A DNA stretch of 64,000 bases from Hemiscyllium ocellatum (GCF_020745735.1 NC_083409.1:10281534-10345533), one strand, 5' to 3'. Counted from the first letter of the stretch, positions 22,929-35,700 are shown. Numbers and translations are program-made. Notes: generated by a model not told the origin, from the sequence alone.

Positions 22929-23224
22929 AAGGCTGCTACTATACTGCTGACAGTAATAGTCAGCGACATCCTCATTCTGAACGTTGCTGATTGTCAAGGT
23001 GAAACTGGTCCCTGATCCACTGCCGGTGAATCGATCCGAGACTCCTGTGAATCGAGTTGCTGCATCATAGATCAGGAGAGAGGGTTTCTGACCTTCTCAC
23101 TGCTGGTACCAAGCAAGGTAGCTGCTAATGCTTTGACTGGCCGTACAGGTGATGGTTGCAGTCTGGCCCAGTCCCACTGACAGCACCGGGGGAGACTGGG
23201 TCATGATGATGTCCCCACTGATAC
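22929..23224 (-). pseudogene. IGKV: Ig kappa-type V exon (cluster 1) with in-frame stop in FR2
   Basis: [98 protein letters not shown]; TGA at 23099-23097 where the paralog has CGA. Confidence 0.95.
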
Positions 23225-23410
23225 CTGAGGGGTCAGAGAGAAACACAGTCAAGTCAGAACTGTCACAGAAAGAGCCGGTCAAATGAGAGATTTTTGGAGA
23301 CACTGAGCATTCCTCTGGTTTCAGCATTTTCCCTTCAATCACAAGTCAGTGGAATTGGAGTGAAATGGAGAGCAGCTAAAGATTCAAGGTGGAAGGAGAG
23401 AGATTTGTAC

Positions 23411-23459
23411 CTGCGACACAGAATGCCAGGGGCCAGATCAGCTGGATGTGTGAAATCAT
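23411..23459 (-). CDS. IGKV: Leader exon of cluster 1 V gene
   Basis: ATG...GCA G|GTACAA = MISHIQLIWPLAFCVA; 186 nt intron to cag|GTATC. Confidence 0.9.
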
Positions 23460-23519
23460 GGTGTGTGCTCCTGTCCCTGTGCCTGGTTCCTGATAAACTC
23501 TCCCTTCACTGGGCTCTGC

Positions 23520-23600
23520 TTTATAAAGCTGCAGCCTGAGAGAGCCTGACTGGGTGTTCCTCAGTATGTAAATGGCATCAGGCAGAGAGAGCCACGTCAG
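23520..23600 (-). promoter_or_regulatory. V promoter: TATA box, octamer variant, CRE-like site
   Basis: TATAAA 23525-23520; ATTTACAT 23573-23566 (octamer ATTTGCAT with one change); TGACGTGG; all the same in cluster 2. Confidence 0.75.
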
Positions 23601-23610
23601 CCCCTCACAC

Positions 23611-23613
<3 letters not shown>

Positions 23614-23650
<37 letters not shown>
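23614..23650. repeat. (CT)n microsatellite just upstream of the V promoter
   Basis: Direct observation; the paralog is a (GA)-rich tract near 56846-56905. Confidence 0.9.
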
Positions 23651-23652
<2 letters not shown>

Positions 23653-24564
23653 AGAATCATTGATGTGAACAACATTGAATGACGCCAATGTGAGTAAACA
23701 AAGATCTGATGACACTAATCCCATCCTCCAGCTCTTGGCCCGTTACCCTGGAGGTTACAGCAACACAAGGGAATATCTAAACAATGCTCCAATGTCACGA
23801 GAGTTTGTGACTCAACCAGCCTTTCAGGCAGTGAGTTCCAGACTCCCACCACCCTCTGGGTGAAAACATTTCTCCTCAATTCTCCTCTCACTCCAATTTG
23901 ACTGGGCCTGGACTCACTCAAGTTCAGAAGGATGAGAGGGAATCAGATTTTATACATCTGATTGAGATGTATAAAATTCTAACAGGGCTGGGCAGGGAGG
24001 AGGTTTCCCCTGGCTGGGAAGTCTGGAATCAGGGGACCCAGTCTCAGAGGGATACAGGGTAGACCATTTTCGACTGAGATGAGGAAACATTTCTTCACTC
24101 AAAGGGTAGGACAACTGTGGAACCCAAGGAACTGAATAAATTCAAGAAAAAGAGAGAGATAATTGTTTTGCATTTTAACAGCATGAAGGGAATAGGGAGA
24201 AAGCAGGAATATGGTTTTGAGATGGAGGATCAGCCATGATCATAGTGAATGACAGAGCAGACTCAAAGAGCCAAAAGGCCTACTCCAGTTCCGAGTTTCT
24301 ATGTGTCCATGTCTGTGTTACCTGGGACACAGGTTATTGAGTCCTTTACTGATATATAAAGTGCCTTCTTACCCACGGTATCACTGCCCCAAATAATCTT
24401 ATCCCCCTCTATCATGTCCCCTCTCAGCCTTCACTGCTCCAAGGAAACAATCCCAACCTTTCCAAGATTTCCCCACAGCTGACCCTCCATCCCAGGCAGC
24501 ATCTTGGTAAATCTCTGCACCCTCTCAAGTACAATCACATCCTTCCCAGAATGTGGTGACCAGG

Positions 24565-24936
24565 ACCTATCCACCTCTCTCTCTCTGTCTCACATCTGTC
24601 ACTTCTTTCTCTCTATCCCTCTCTCTCCTCCTGTTAATCTCTTTCATGTTCTCTCTCTCTCTCACTCTGTCTCATAGCCACACTCCCCAATTCACTCATG
24701 CTTTCTCACTCCATCTCATAATCTTTATTTTTCCATCTCTCACTGTCTCCATAACACCTTCCCTCTCTCGCTTCAATTTAAATCCTCTGTTATCTCTCCT
24801 CTCTATACTTCCCTCTGTCTGTCTCTCTCCCTCCCTCTCTGTATTCCCAAATCTACAGTCGCACTCCCTCCCTCTCTGTCATTCTGTTTCTAATCATACT
24901 CATGTCTCTCACTTTCTCTCTCTCTCTCTCTCTCTG

Positions 24937-24980
<44 letters not shown>

Positions 24981-25025
24981 ACAGACACTCACCCTTTGTC
25001 TCTGACTCACTTCTCTCTCTTTCTC
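24565..25025. repeat. Polypyrimidine low-complexity tract with (CA)n
   Basis: CT-rich throughout, (CA)n near 24937-24978; mirrored by the GA-rich tract 55180-55825. Confidence 0.85.
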
Positions 25026-25529
25026 ACAGTGTCCCAGGTTGTGGCAGTTGAATTCAGGATGAATCTCCCTCTCTCTGCCCCACTCATGGATGTTAACCCT
25101 TGACCCCAGAAGCATGTTTTCTCCTGGAGTAAGGCCCCATTTTCCACATTGACCTGGATTTGGCCTCTCTCAGAAAGATGGCTAGATTCTTGTCAAATGA
25201 AGGGCAGTTCTGTGCTTTTGGCCTGTTCTCACTGGGGACTGGTTTGGACACAAAGCTCATTCCATGAAGGCCCAGCAGAGAGAGGAGATCCTCAGGCCAT
25301 CAGTGTGAGCTGGAGGGACAGCACAGGCTCTGACCCACTGATCCAGCCTGTCCATTCACAACATTTTCCAATCCCTTCCCCTCTCCTACCCCTCTCTTTC
25401 CCTTTCCATGATCAGTCTCTGAGTCAGGGTGTTTTACTGGGATGTGGGTTGAACCATTACACAGTTACAACAGAAAGGAACCGAACCCCACACTCACCTT
25501 GGAGTCCATGATGCACTGGAGTCTCCTAC

Positions 25530-25790
25530 AGAGTCCAGTAAACATGGCCTCCTTCCTGCAAGAGCCTCCACTAGAGACCAGTAAACATTGGTCTCCTTCT
25601 GACTGGACTCTCCAAAGGAGACCAGTAAACATGTATCTCTTTCGGACTGGATCATCTAATAAAGACCAGTAAACATGGATGTCCTTCCTGCTGGAACCTC
25701 CAACACAGACCAGTAAACATGGATCTCCTTCTGACTGGATCCTCCAAGACAGATCAGTTAATATGGGCCTCCTAATCATTGGAACTTCCA
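25530..25790 (+). repeat. 43-44 bp minisatellite, 6 units
   Basis: ccagtaaacatgg core at 25535, 25578, 25622, 25666, 25710, 25754. Confidence 0.9.
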
Positions 25791-27030
25791 ATGGAGATGA
25801 GCAGATGGTTTAATTTTTGAAGAAGTAAGCAAGAAGATAGGTAAAGATAGAGTAGTACACTCTGTCTACATGGAGTTAATACAAGGTTCCCTATGGTAGA
25901 CTGCTCAGTAAGATTATATCACATAGGATTCAGGGAGACCTCGCCAATTGGATATAAAATTGGCTTGATGATAGGAGGCTGAGGCTGGTGAGAGAGGGTT
26001 GTTCTTCAGACTGGAGGCCAGTGACCAACTGTCTGTCACAAGAATCGATCCTGGATCCACTGTTGTTCATCATTTATATGAACAATTTGGATGAGAAAAT
26101 AGAAGGAATGGTCAGTAAGTTTGTGGCTGACGTTAAAATTGTTGGCATAGTGGACAGGGAAGAAGGTTATGCAAGAGTGCAATGTCATCTTGATCAACTG
26201 GGCCAGTGGGTCAACAAATCCAGATGGAATTTTCGATAAATGGAAGGAGTTGCATTTTGGTAACACAAACCAGGGCAGGAATTACACAATTAATGGTAGA
26301 GCCATGGGGAGTGTTGTTGAACAGAGAGACTGAGGGGTACAGGTACATAGTTCCTTGGAAGTGGTGTCACAGGTAGACAGGGTGGTGAAGAAGGTATTTG
26401 GCATGCTCGCCTTCACTGGTCAAAGCAGGGAGTACAGGAGCTGGGACATGTTACAGCTGTACAAGGCATTGGGAAGGCCACATTTGGACACAGTACATTT
26501 CTGCTCATCCTGGTATAGGAAGGAAGTTATGACAGTGGTTTGAATAAAAGAAAGATTAACAGGGATGTTATCAAGATTGGAGGATTTGAATTACAAGATG
26601 AGGATGAATAGGCCAAGATGTTTTTTCCAGGGAATGCAGGAGATTGAGGGATGACCTTATAGAGGTTGTAGAATCATGAGGGTCATAGATAAGGTGAATA
26701 GTCAAAGTCTTTTCCCCAGGGTAGGAGAGTCCAGTACTAGAAGGAGTAGGCTTAAGTTGAGAGGGGAAAGATTTAGTAGGAAACTGAGAGGCAACATTTT
26801 CACACAGAGGTTAGTGTGTATGTGTAATGAGCTGCCATAAGAATTCGTAAAGGTGAGTACAATTACTACATTTCAAGGACATTTTTACAGGAACATGGAT
26901 AGGAAGGATTTAGAGAGAATTGGGCCAAACGCATGCAGATGGGACTAGTTCAGTTTTGGAAACTTGGTCAGCATGGATGAGTAGAGCTGAAGGGCCTGAT
27001 CCCATGCTGTAAAACTCTATGACTCTTTGA
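25790..27030 (+). mobile_element. CR1-type LINE RT and 3' end interrupting the minisatellite
   Basis: DWRPVT..LSQESILDPLLFIIYMNNLDE...SKFVAD.KI; intact 3' tail. Confidence 0.85.
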
Positions 27031-27039
27031 TGATGTATA

Positions 27040-27175
27040 CATGGGTCACTTTCCCGTAGAACCAGTAAACATGGACCTCTTTCCACTGGAACCTCCAATA
27101 GACACCAATAAACAGGAACCTCCTGCCCACTGGATGCTCCAGAAGAGACCAGTAAACATGGCCCTCCTTCCCTCA
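27040..27175 (+). repeat. Continuation of the 43-44 bp minisatellite, 3 units
   Basis: Core at 27062, 27105, 27149. Confidence 0.85.
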
Positions 27176-28479
27176 GGACTGTCCAGCACCTGCGCTGCAA
27201 ACCCCACATCCTCTCCATCATGTATGCCTCTTATTTCAATCTCAACAACATTGTCTCTGCACTACTTCAGCCCCTTGACCACAGAAACCCTAATTCCTGC
27301 TCGTCCTGCCCCCTAACTCTATGGTTCCAATGTCCTCTCCCAGCTTCCTAAAGCCATATTCCATAAACTCCAACTTGTCTGATATGGAGTGGGCCCTTCC
27401 CTGTCTTATCCATCTGTCATTCCAGAATGACCCCTGACCTCACTGCCAGCCAATTGCCTCCATAGCCTCCCTCCTCCCTCTGTCTGTGTCCTGCTGCAGA
27501 CTCACATTCCCTCCCTCCCCCTTCCATCTTCTGTCTCTGGGCTCCTGTCCATTGCTGCTTGCTCCATCCCACCATTGACAGCAGAGCCTTCAGACCCCTA
27601 CAGCATGCTCTCTGACCTCCTGCCCTTGAACCCTCCCCCTCTCAATGGTTGTGCTATTGAATATACTGTTCAATCCCATCACTTTTGGTTCACTGTTCCC
27701 TTGCCATTGATTTGCTGAATTATTCCTCATCAGTAAATCTAGTCTGGCCTGTTCCCTGAGTTGGTTCAAGAAAGTTTTCCTTGAGAAAACATTCTTTTGT
27801 AAACTGGGTTGTCTGTTTCTCCCAGTCTTTGTGTAAAGGTGAGTCTAAGTGTGTGTAAGCTCTTATACAGCACAGACAGAGGTCACTGGGCTGATTGTGA
27901 CTGTTAGTCAAATGAGTCCAATGAGTTCCCATTTCCCCAGCCCTTCCTGTATAACCCTGCAATTATTTCCTTTTCAGCTATTTCTCCAAATGCCCTTTTG
28001 AAAGTTGCTGTTGAATCCACTTCCACTCACCTTGCAGACCGTCATCATGAACTCGCTGGATAAAAAATGTTCCTATCTTCTCTCTTGTGCTTTAGACTCT
28101 TTCTGAAATGTGTGCCCTCTGGTTACTGACCCTCCTGCCTGGAGAAACAATTTGTCCTGTATTTACTGCATCCAGACTCTCCAATTGTGAACCCCTCATT
28201 GAGTGAGACCTATTTCCAGCACAGGGGGAGAACATTCAGCCTGTCAGGGAAATGCTGTCATTTCATGGAGCAATCCAGTCAGTCCCACCCCCTCCCCTAC
28301 TCGACCCCCAGAGCCTTGCAGGTTTATTTCCATCAAGAGCCCACCCAATCTGCCATTGCAATCACTGAGTGTCTTCACCTGTCTCACCTGAATGGGCACT
28401 AATTTCGAAGTCATTACCAATTGCTGTTCAAAACAAAGTTCTTTCTGACATTCCATATCTCTTGCCCAACAGAATGTAA

Positions 28480-29040
28480 GGTAATCTCAATGTGAAGATT
28501 GGATTTTGTCTCCACACGGACTGTGCGGTGGTCACCCTTACTGATACTGTCATGGACAGATACACCAGCAGCAGGCAGGTTGGTGAGGGTGATAGTGAGT
28601 ATGTTTTTCCTTCTTGTTGGTTCCCTTCACCACCTGCCCCAGGTCCAGTCTAGCAGCTGAATCAGGTGGAGCGTGACCAGTTTGCTCAGTAGTGATGCTT
28701 CTGAGCAGCTCTTGATGGTGGGCTTTGAAATCCGTTACTCAGAGTATATCCTGCATCATTCCCATCCTCTGCGCTCCCTCCAAGTGTTGTTCAACATGGA
28801 GGAGGACTGACTGCTCAGTTGAGGTTGGAGCGGAGGGCGGTGCTATGTGGTAATCAGCAGGAGGTTTCCTTCCCCATGTTTGACCTGCTGTCATGAGGCT
28901 TCATGGATTCCATAGTTAATGGTGAGGACTCTCAGGGCAACTCCCTTCCGACTGTACACACCACTGTGTTGCCTCCCCTGCTTGGTCTATCCTGCCAGTT
29001 AGAAACTGAATGAGGGAACAATTCTGTGCAGGTTTCACAG
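28480..29040 (-). mobile_element. Non-LTR retrotransposon endonuclease-region fragment
   Basis: Homologous to 53530-54000 in the same orientation, so an independent copy of that family. Confidence 0.6.
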
Positions 29041-29159
29041 CTTGGAGACAGAGCTGCTGCTGGATTCTGTTTCTGATCTCCGAGTGCAGGCGTGTGTGTT
29101 TGTGAGAGAGTGACTGACACCTTTTCCAAAACTGTGCTGTTTCTGCAAAAAATAAATCC

Positions 29160-29420
29160 TAGAACCAGCCTCCTGTGCTGTCAGATTCCAGGGAGTGCAG
29201 ACAGTTCACAGTTTTCTCCCGTCTCAGTAACAAACACCCAGCTGCTCCGAGCTCCTTCTTTCACTTCCTCTTTTGGTGAAGTTTCAACCTTGTGCTCTGA
29301 CAGTCTTTGCAGTTATTTTTTACACTGGGACTTTCTGCTGTGGTCAGAATCTCTAATAATAAGTGTCCAATCAGTGACAATCACAGCAGCTAAGAGCAGT
29401 CAGGACTGAGGAGCCAGGCT
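29160..29420. promoter_or_regulatory. Candidate B-cell enhancer upstream of cluster 1
   Basis: Apparently unique block conserved with 51680-51935: E-box CAGCTG 29239-29244, EICE GGAAGTGAAA (minus, 29259-29268), kappaB-like GGGACTTTCT 29327-29336, Runx TGTGGT 29339-29344. Confidence 0.5.
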
Positions 29421-30049
29421 CATTGTGAAACATATTGGGAAGATCAAAGCCATCCTCTTCAGATCCTGGTATAAGCTCCATCCCTCTCCCTGAGAATTCT
29501 CTGCTGCTCAACCAGACTCTTTACAAACTGGGTCTCATGTTTGAGAATGATCTAAGACCCGTATCTTCCATATCACAAAGATCAGCCACTGAAAATCTCA
29601 GCCATGTTTATGGGGCTCCAAACATGACCATTCCAATGGCTGATGCACATCACAGCCACTGCCCTCCGTATCCTTCAGCTCATCCAAAATTCTGCTGCCC
29701 GTATCCAAACTTGCACCATGTCCCGTTCCCACAACCCCCTGCACCCCGTGCCTATATTGGCTCCTGGTCGAGCAACACCTCGATTTTCAAATTCTCATCC
29801 TTGTTCTCAAATCCCTCTCTGCCCTCCACCCTCCCTATCTCTGTAACCTCATCCAAGCTGCCTCACTCCATGTGGTCAGCAATCTTGGATAATTGGCTCT
29901 CTATTCCTTCATCCAAGTCATTGAGAAATATCGTGAAATACTGAGGCTCCTGCACAAATCCCTGGGGACACCACTATTCACATCTTGTTCATTGGAGAGC
30001 ACACACATTATGCCTCTTCTCTGTCTCCTACCTCCAAACTAATTCCTAA

Positions 30050-32260
30050 CCCAAGACAAATAATTTTCTAGAGCTTTCTTGATGATAGGAAGCAGAGGTA
30101 ATATTGGAAAGATGCTTGTCAGACTGGAGGCCTGTGTTGAGTGGAGTGCCTCAGGGCTCAGTGCTGACCCATTACTGTTTATTATCAATATTAATGATTT
30201 GAATGAGAATCTGTAAGGCATGATTAGTAAGTTTGATGTGCAGGTCAGGTGAATTGGCCATGTTAAATTGGCCATAGTCTTAGGTACATTAGTCAGAGGG
30301 AAATGGGTCTAGGTGGGTTACTCCAGAGGGTCGGTGTGGATTGGTTGGGCTGAAGACCTGTTTCCACACTGGAGGGAATCTAATCTCTCATCTTGTACAG
30401 GATGTCAGTGAGTTCGCACTTGGAATATTGTATTCAGTTTGGTCACCTTGTTATAGGAAGGATATTACTAAACCAGAAAGAGTACAGAAGAAATTTGCAA
30501 GGATGTTGCCTGGACTCAACAATCTGAGTTATAGGGAGAGGTTAGGCAAGTTAGGACTTTTTTCTTAGAGCGTAGGAGACTGGTGGGGGATCTTTTAGAA
30601 GTGTATAAGATCATGAGAGACACGGACAGGGTTGGGGAAACGAGGATGAGAGGGCATCAGTTTAGTGTTAGAGAGGAATGAATAAAAGGGAACCTGAGGG
30701 GCAACATTTTTACACAGAGGGTGGCACGCATGTGGAATGAGATGCCAGCTGAAGTGATTGAGGTGGATACATTAACAACATTTAAAAGACATTTGGACAA
30801 ATACATAGATAGGAAAACATTTGAAGGATATGGGCCAAGTGCAGGGAAATGGGGTTAGCATGGATGGACATTTTGGTCAGCACGGTCCAGTTTGGGCCAA
30901 AGGGCCTGTCTCTGTGCTGTAGGACTTGATGGCTCTAAGACTCTATAATTCCATATGTTTCCATGTTTCTGAACAGTCTCTCAAACATAGAAACAAAGGA
31001 ACTAGGAGCAAGAGGAAGCCATTCAGCCCTTCGAGTTGGCTCTGCCATTCAATGTGACCATGGCTAATCATCCAACTTAGTCCCCTGCTCCCATTTTTTC
31101 TCCATAAAATTTAACCCCTTTAGTCCTAAGAATATACTTATCCTCTCTTGAAAATATTGAATGTTTTGGGCTCAACTGCTTTCTGTGACAGAATCTCCCA
31201 CTAGCTTCCCACTCTCTGGCTAAAGAAATGTCTCCTTAGCTCAGTCTGAAATAACCTTTCACTTTTCGTTAAACCATAATTCGTAGTTCTGGATTCCCCA
31301 GTCATCAGGAACATCCTCCCTGTGTTGTTCTGGCCTTGTCCTGTTCGGATTTTCAAGGTTACAATATGATTCCTTTCAATCTTCTCAGTGCCAATGAATA
31401 TAATCCTAACTGATCCAGTTTCTCATCAGATCGAAGTGCTGTCCTCCCAGGAATCAGTCTAGTAAACCTTCGCTGCCCTCCCTCCACAGCCAGAACATCC
31501 TTCCTCAGATAAGGAGCCCGAAACTACCCACGACAGAATCATAAAATCACACAGTACAGAGGAGGCCCTTCAGTCCATTAACTGTGTACCAGCCAAACTA
31601 CACTAAACCTACACCAGTCCCACTTTCCAACATGAGGCCCACAGCTTGAATGTTATGACATTTCAACTGCTCACCCAAGAACATTTTAAAATTAGTAAGA
31701 TTTCCCACCTCAACTCCCCTCCCAGGCTGTGCATTCCAGATGCACACCATTCTCTGGATGAAAAACATTTTCCTCAAAACATCTTGAAACCTCCTACCTT
31801 TCACAATGAATGTGAGTCAACGTGTCACTGACCCTCCCATGAAAGAGAACAGCTGCTTTCTCTCCTCCCTGTTCATTCCCCTCATAACCTTATACACCTC
31901 TATCAGGTCCCCCCTCCACCTTCTCTGCCCTGAAGAAAACAACCCGAGCTGATCCAATTTCTCTTCATCACTGAAAGGTTCCATCCCACACAACATCCTG
32001 GTGATTCCCCTCTGCACCCCATCCAGTGCAATCACATCCTTCCTACAGTGTGGTGACCTGAACTGCACACAGCACTCCAGCTGTGGTCTCACCAATGTTC
32101 TGCTTAACTGCAGCATATCCTCTTGCTTTTATAACCAATACCTGACATGACAAAGGCAAGTGTCCCCTATGCCTTCATAACTGCTCTGTTAACCTGTCTT
32201 GCCATTTTCAGGGATCAGTGGAGAAGCACTCCAAGATCACCCTGTTCCTTTGAATTTCTT
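30050..32260. mobile_element. Several CR1 3' fragments in both orientations and a SINE fragment
   Basis: YSVWSPCYRKDI.K.ERVQKKFARMLPGL (+); LECCVQFRSPHCRKDVIAL (-). Confidence 0.75.
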
Positions 32261-32269
32261 CAGTTCAAA

Positions 32270-35200
32270 GAACAAAGAGCAACGAAAATTACAGCACAAG
32301 AACTGGCCCTTCGGCCCTACTAGTCTGCACTGGTCCATATCCTCCATCTAAACCTGTCATCAATTTTCCAAGATTCTGTCTCCCTTTGCTCCCTGCCCAT
32401 CCATGCATCTATCTAGATATATCTTAAATGATGCTATCATGCCTGCCTCTATCACCTCCACTGGCAAGAAGAACTATCCACACATATCTCCCTGAAATGT
32501 TTCCACTCTCACCTTGAACTCATGACCCCCGAGTAATTGAGTCCCCCACTCTGGGAAAAAGCTTCTTGCAATCCACCTTGTCTATATCTCTCATGGTTTT
32601 GTAGACCCCAATCTGGTCCCCCCCTCAACATTTGACTTTCTAATGAAAATAATCCTAATCTACTAAGCCTCTCTTCATAGCTAGTGCCCTCCATCCCAGG
32701 CAATCCTGGTGAACCTCCTCTTCACCCTCTCCAAAGCATCCACATCTTTCTGGTAATGTGGCAACCAGAACTGTACACAGTATTCCAAATGTGGCCAAGC
32801 CATAGTTTGATATAACTCTAATATGACCTTCCAACTCTTGTACTGAATACCACGTCTGGTGAAGGAAGGTATGCCATATGCCATCTTGACCACTCTGTCG
32901 ACCTGTGTTGTCTCCTCCAGGGTACAATGGACCTGAACACCCAGGTCTCTCTGGGCATCAATTTTCCCAGGGTGTTGCATTCACCGTAAAGTTTACTCCA
33001 GATTTGGATCTTCCAAAATTCATCAGATCGCATTTGCCTGGTTTGAAATCCATCCATCCGTTTCTCTGCCCAACTGTCTAATCTGTCCATATTCTGCTAC
33101 ATTCTCTGAAAGTCCCCTTCACTATCTGCTACTCCACCAATATTAGTGTCATCTGCAAACTTGCTAATCAGACCACCTATACCTTCCTCCACATCATTTA
33201 TGTATATCAAAAACAAGAGGGGTACCAGCACGGATTCCTGTTCTCCATTTTGAGAAACTCGTTCCACTACTACTGTCTGTCTCCTGTTGCCCAGCCTGTT
33301 CTCTATCCATCTCGTGAGTACACTCTAGACCCATGCGACTTAAATTTCTTTATCAGTCTGCCATGGGGAACTTTATCAAACGCATTCCTGAAATCCATGT
33401 GTATGACATCCACAGCCCTTCCCTCCTCAATCAACTTCATCAGTTCTTCAAAAAATTCTATAAAGTTGGTAAGACATAACATTCCCTGCACAACTTCATG
33501 CTGCATATAACTGATAAGTCAATTTTCTTCCAAATGTAAATAGATCTTATCCCTCAGTATCTTCTCCAGCAGCTTCCCTACCACTACATCAGGCTCACTG
33601 GTTGATAGTTACCTGGATTATCCTGGCTACCCTTCTTCAACATTAGCAATTCTCCAGTCCTGTGGGATCTCATCCATGTTCAAGGTTGCTACAAAGATAT
33701 CGATTAAGGCCCCAGCTATTTCCTCTCTTGCTTCCCTCAGTAAGCTGGGATCGATCCCATCCTGACCTGGGGACTTGTTCACCTTGATGCCTTTTAAAAT
33801 ACCCAACACTTCCTCCCTCCTTAAGTCGACTTGACCTCGAGTAATCAAACATCTATCCCCAACTTCAACATCTGTCATTTCCCTCTCCTTGGTGAATGCC
33901 AACGTAAAGCACTCATTAAGAATCTCACCCATTTTCTCTGACTCCACACATAACATTCCTTCTTTGTCCTTGTGTGGACCAACACTTTCTCTAGTCATCC
34001 TCTTGCTCCTTATATATGAATAAAAGGATTTGGGATTTTCCTTAATCCTGTTTGTTAATGATATTTCATGACCCCTTTTAACCCTTTTAATTCCTCACTT
34101 CAGATTGGTCTTACTTTCACGATATTCTTCCAAAGCTTTGCCTGTTTTCAGCCTGTTTTCAGACCTTATATATGCATCCTTTTTCCTCTTAGCTAGTCTC
34201 ACAATTTCATCTGTCATCCAGCGTTTCCAAATCCTGCCATTTCCATCCCTTATTTTCACATGGACATGTCTGTCCTGACTCTAGTCAACCTCTCTTTAAA
34301 AGCCTCCCACATATAAAATGTGGATTTCCCTTTAAACAGCTGCTCCCAATCCACATTCCCCAGCTCCTACCAAATTTTGGGATAGTTGGCCTTCCTCCAC
34401 TTTCACCCTCTTCCTTTAGGACCACTCTCATCTTTGTCCATGAGCATTCTAAAACTTATGGAATTGTGATCACTCTTCCAAAGTAATCCCTGACTGAAAT
34501 TTCAACCACCTGGCCGGGCTCATTCCCCAACACCAGGTCCAGTCTGGCCCCTTCCTGAGTTAGACTATTTCCACATTACTCTGTAAAATTCTCATGGATG
34601 CTCCTTACAAATTCTGCTACATCTTAACTTCTAACAGTGAATCCCAGTCAATGTTGGGAAAATTAAAATCTTCCATCATCACCACCTTGTTACTCCTACA
34701 TCTTTCCATAATCTGTTTACATATTTGTACCTCTATCCCACGTTCACTGTTAGGAGGCTTGTAGGATAGCACCAACATTGTTACTGCACCTTTCCTGTTT
34801 CTGAGCTCTGCCCATATTGCCCCACTGCTCGAGTCCTCCATAGTGCCCTCTTTCACACACCTGTGATATCCTCTCTATCCTCTCTGACCAGTAATGCAAC
34901 TCCTCCATCCCTTTTACCTCCCTCTCGAACCCATCTGATACATCTGTATCCTGTGATATTTAGTTGCCAATCTTGCCCTTCCCTCAACCACGTCTCAGTA
35001 ATAGCAATAACATCATACTCCCAGATACTAGTCCAAGCCCTAAATTCCTCTGCCTTACCTACTACACTTCTCACATTAGAACAAATGCACCTCAGACCAT
35101 CTGTCCCTTTGCGTTCATCATCTGCTCCCTACCTACTCTTAACCTTAGTCACGCTGACTTCAATATCTAGTTCCTGATAGGCTTTAGTTACTCCCTCCTT

Positions 35201-35700
35201 ATTGTCCACTAACTTCCTCATTTGGTTCCCATCCCTCTGCTACACTATTTTGAACCCTCCCCAAGTGCGTGATCAAATACATCCCACAGGACATTGGTTC
35301 CAGTCCTGCCCAGGTGTAGACCACTCGATTTGTAATTGTCCCACCTCCCCAGGAACCAGTCCCAATGTCCCAAAAATATGAACCCCTCCCTCCTGCACCA
35401 TCTCTCAAGCCACGTATTCATCCTGCCGATATTTTCATTTCGACTCTGACTAGCACATGGCACTGGGAGCAATCCTGAGATTACTACCTCTGAGATCCTA
35501 CATTTTAATATGGTTCCTAACTCCCTAAATTCTGCTTGTAGGACCTCATCCCATTTATTGCCGATATCATCAGTCCCTTCATGCACCATCACAGCTAGCT
35601 GTTCACCTCCCCCTTCCGAATGTCCTGCAGCCGATCTGAGACATCCCTGACCCGTGCAACTGGGAGGCAACATGCTATTAGTGAGTCTTGTTTTTGACCA
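32270..35700 (-). mobile_element. Long decayed CR1-type LINE (ORF1 esterase, endonuclease, RT, 3' end)
   Basis: VMVHEGTDDIG...VVISGLLPVP...GLHL; VIAITETWL; MDFRNAFDKVPH; HLEYCVQFWLPHYQKD. Confidence 0.9.

Larger units (their letters stand above)
16225..30030. repeat. Left arm of inverted segmental duplication containing Ig cluster 1
   Basis: Colinear reverse-complement matches: 16225-16620 with 63600-64000, 17860-18560 with 61800-62520, 21340-23600 with 56910-58900, 25030-25415 with 54790-55175, 29160-30030 with 51040-51935. Confidence 0.9.

Noticed and set aside
25530-27175. CRISPR-like look of the 44 bp array (constant core, variable remainder)
   Set aside because: The variable parts are homologous to each other, the context is vertebrate and there are no cas genes; it is a minisatellite.
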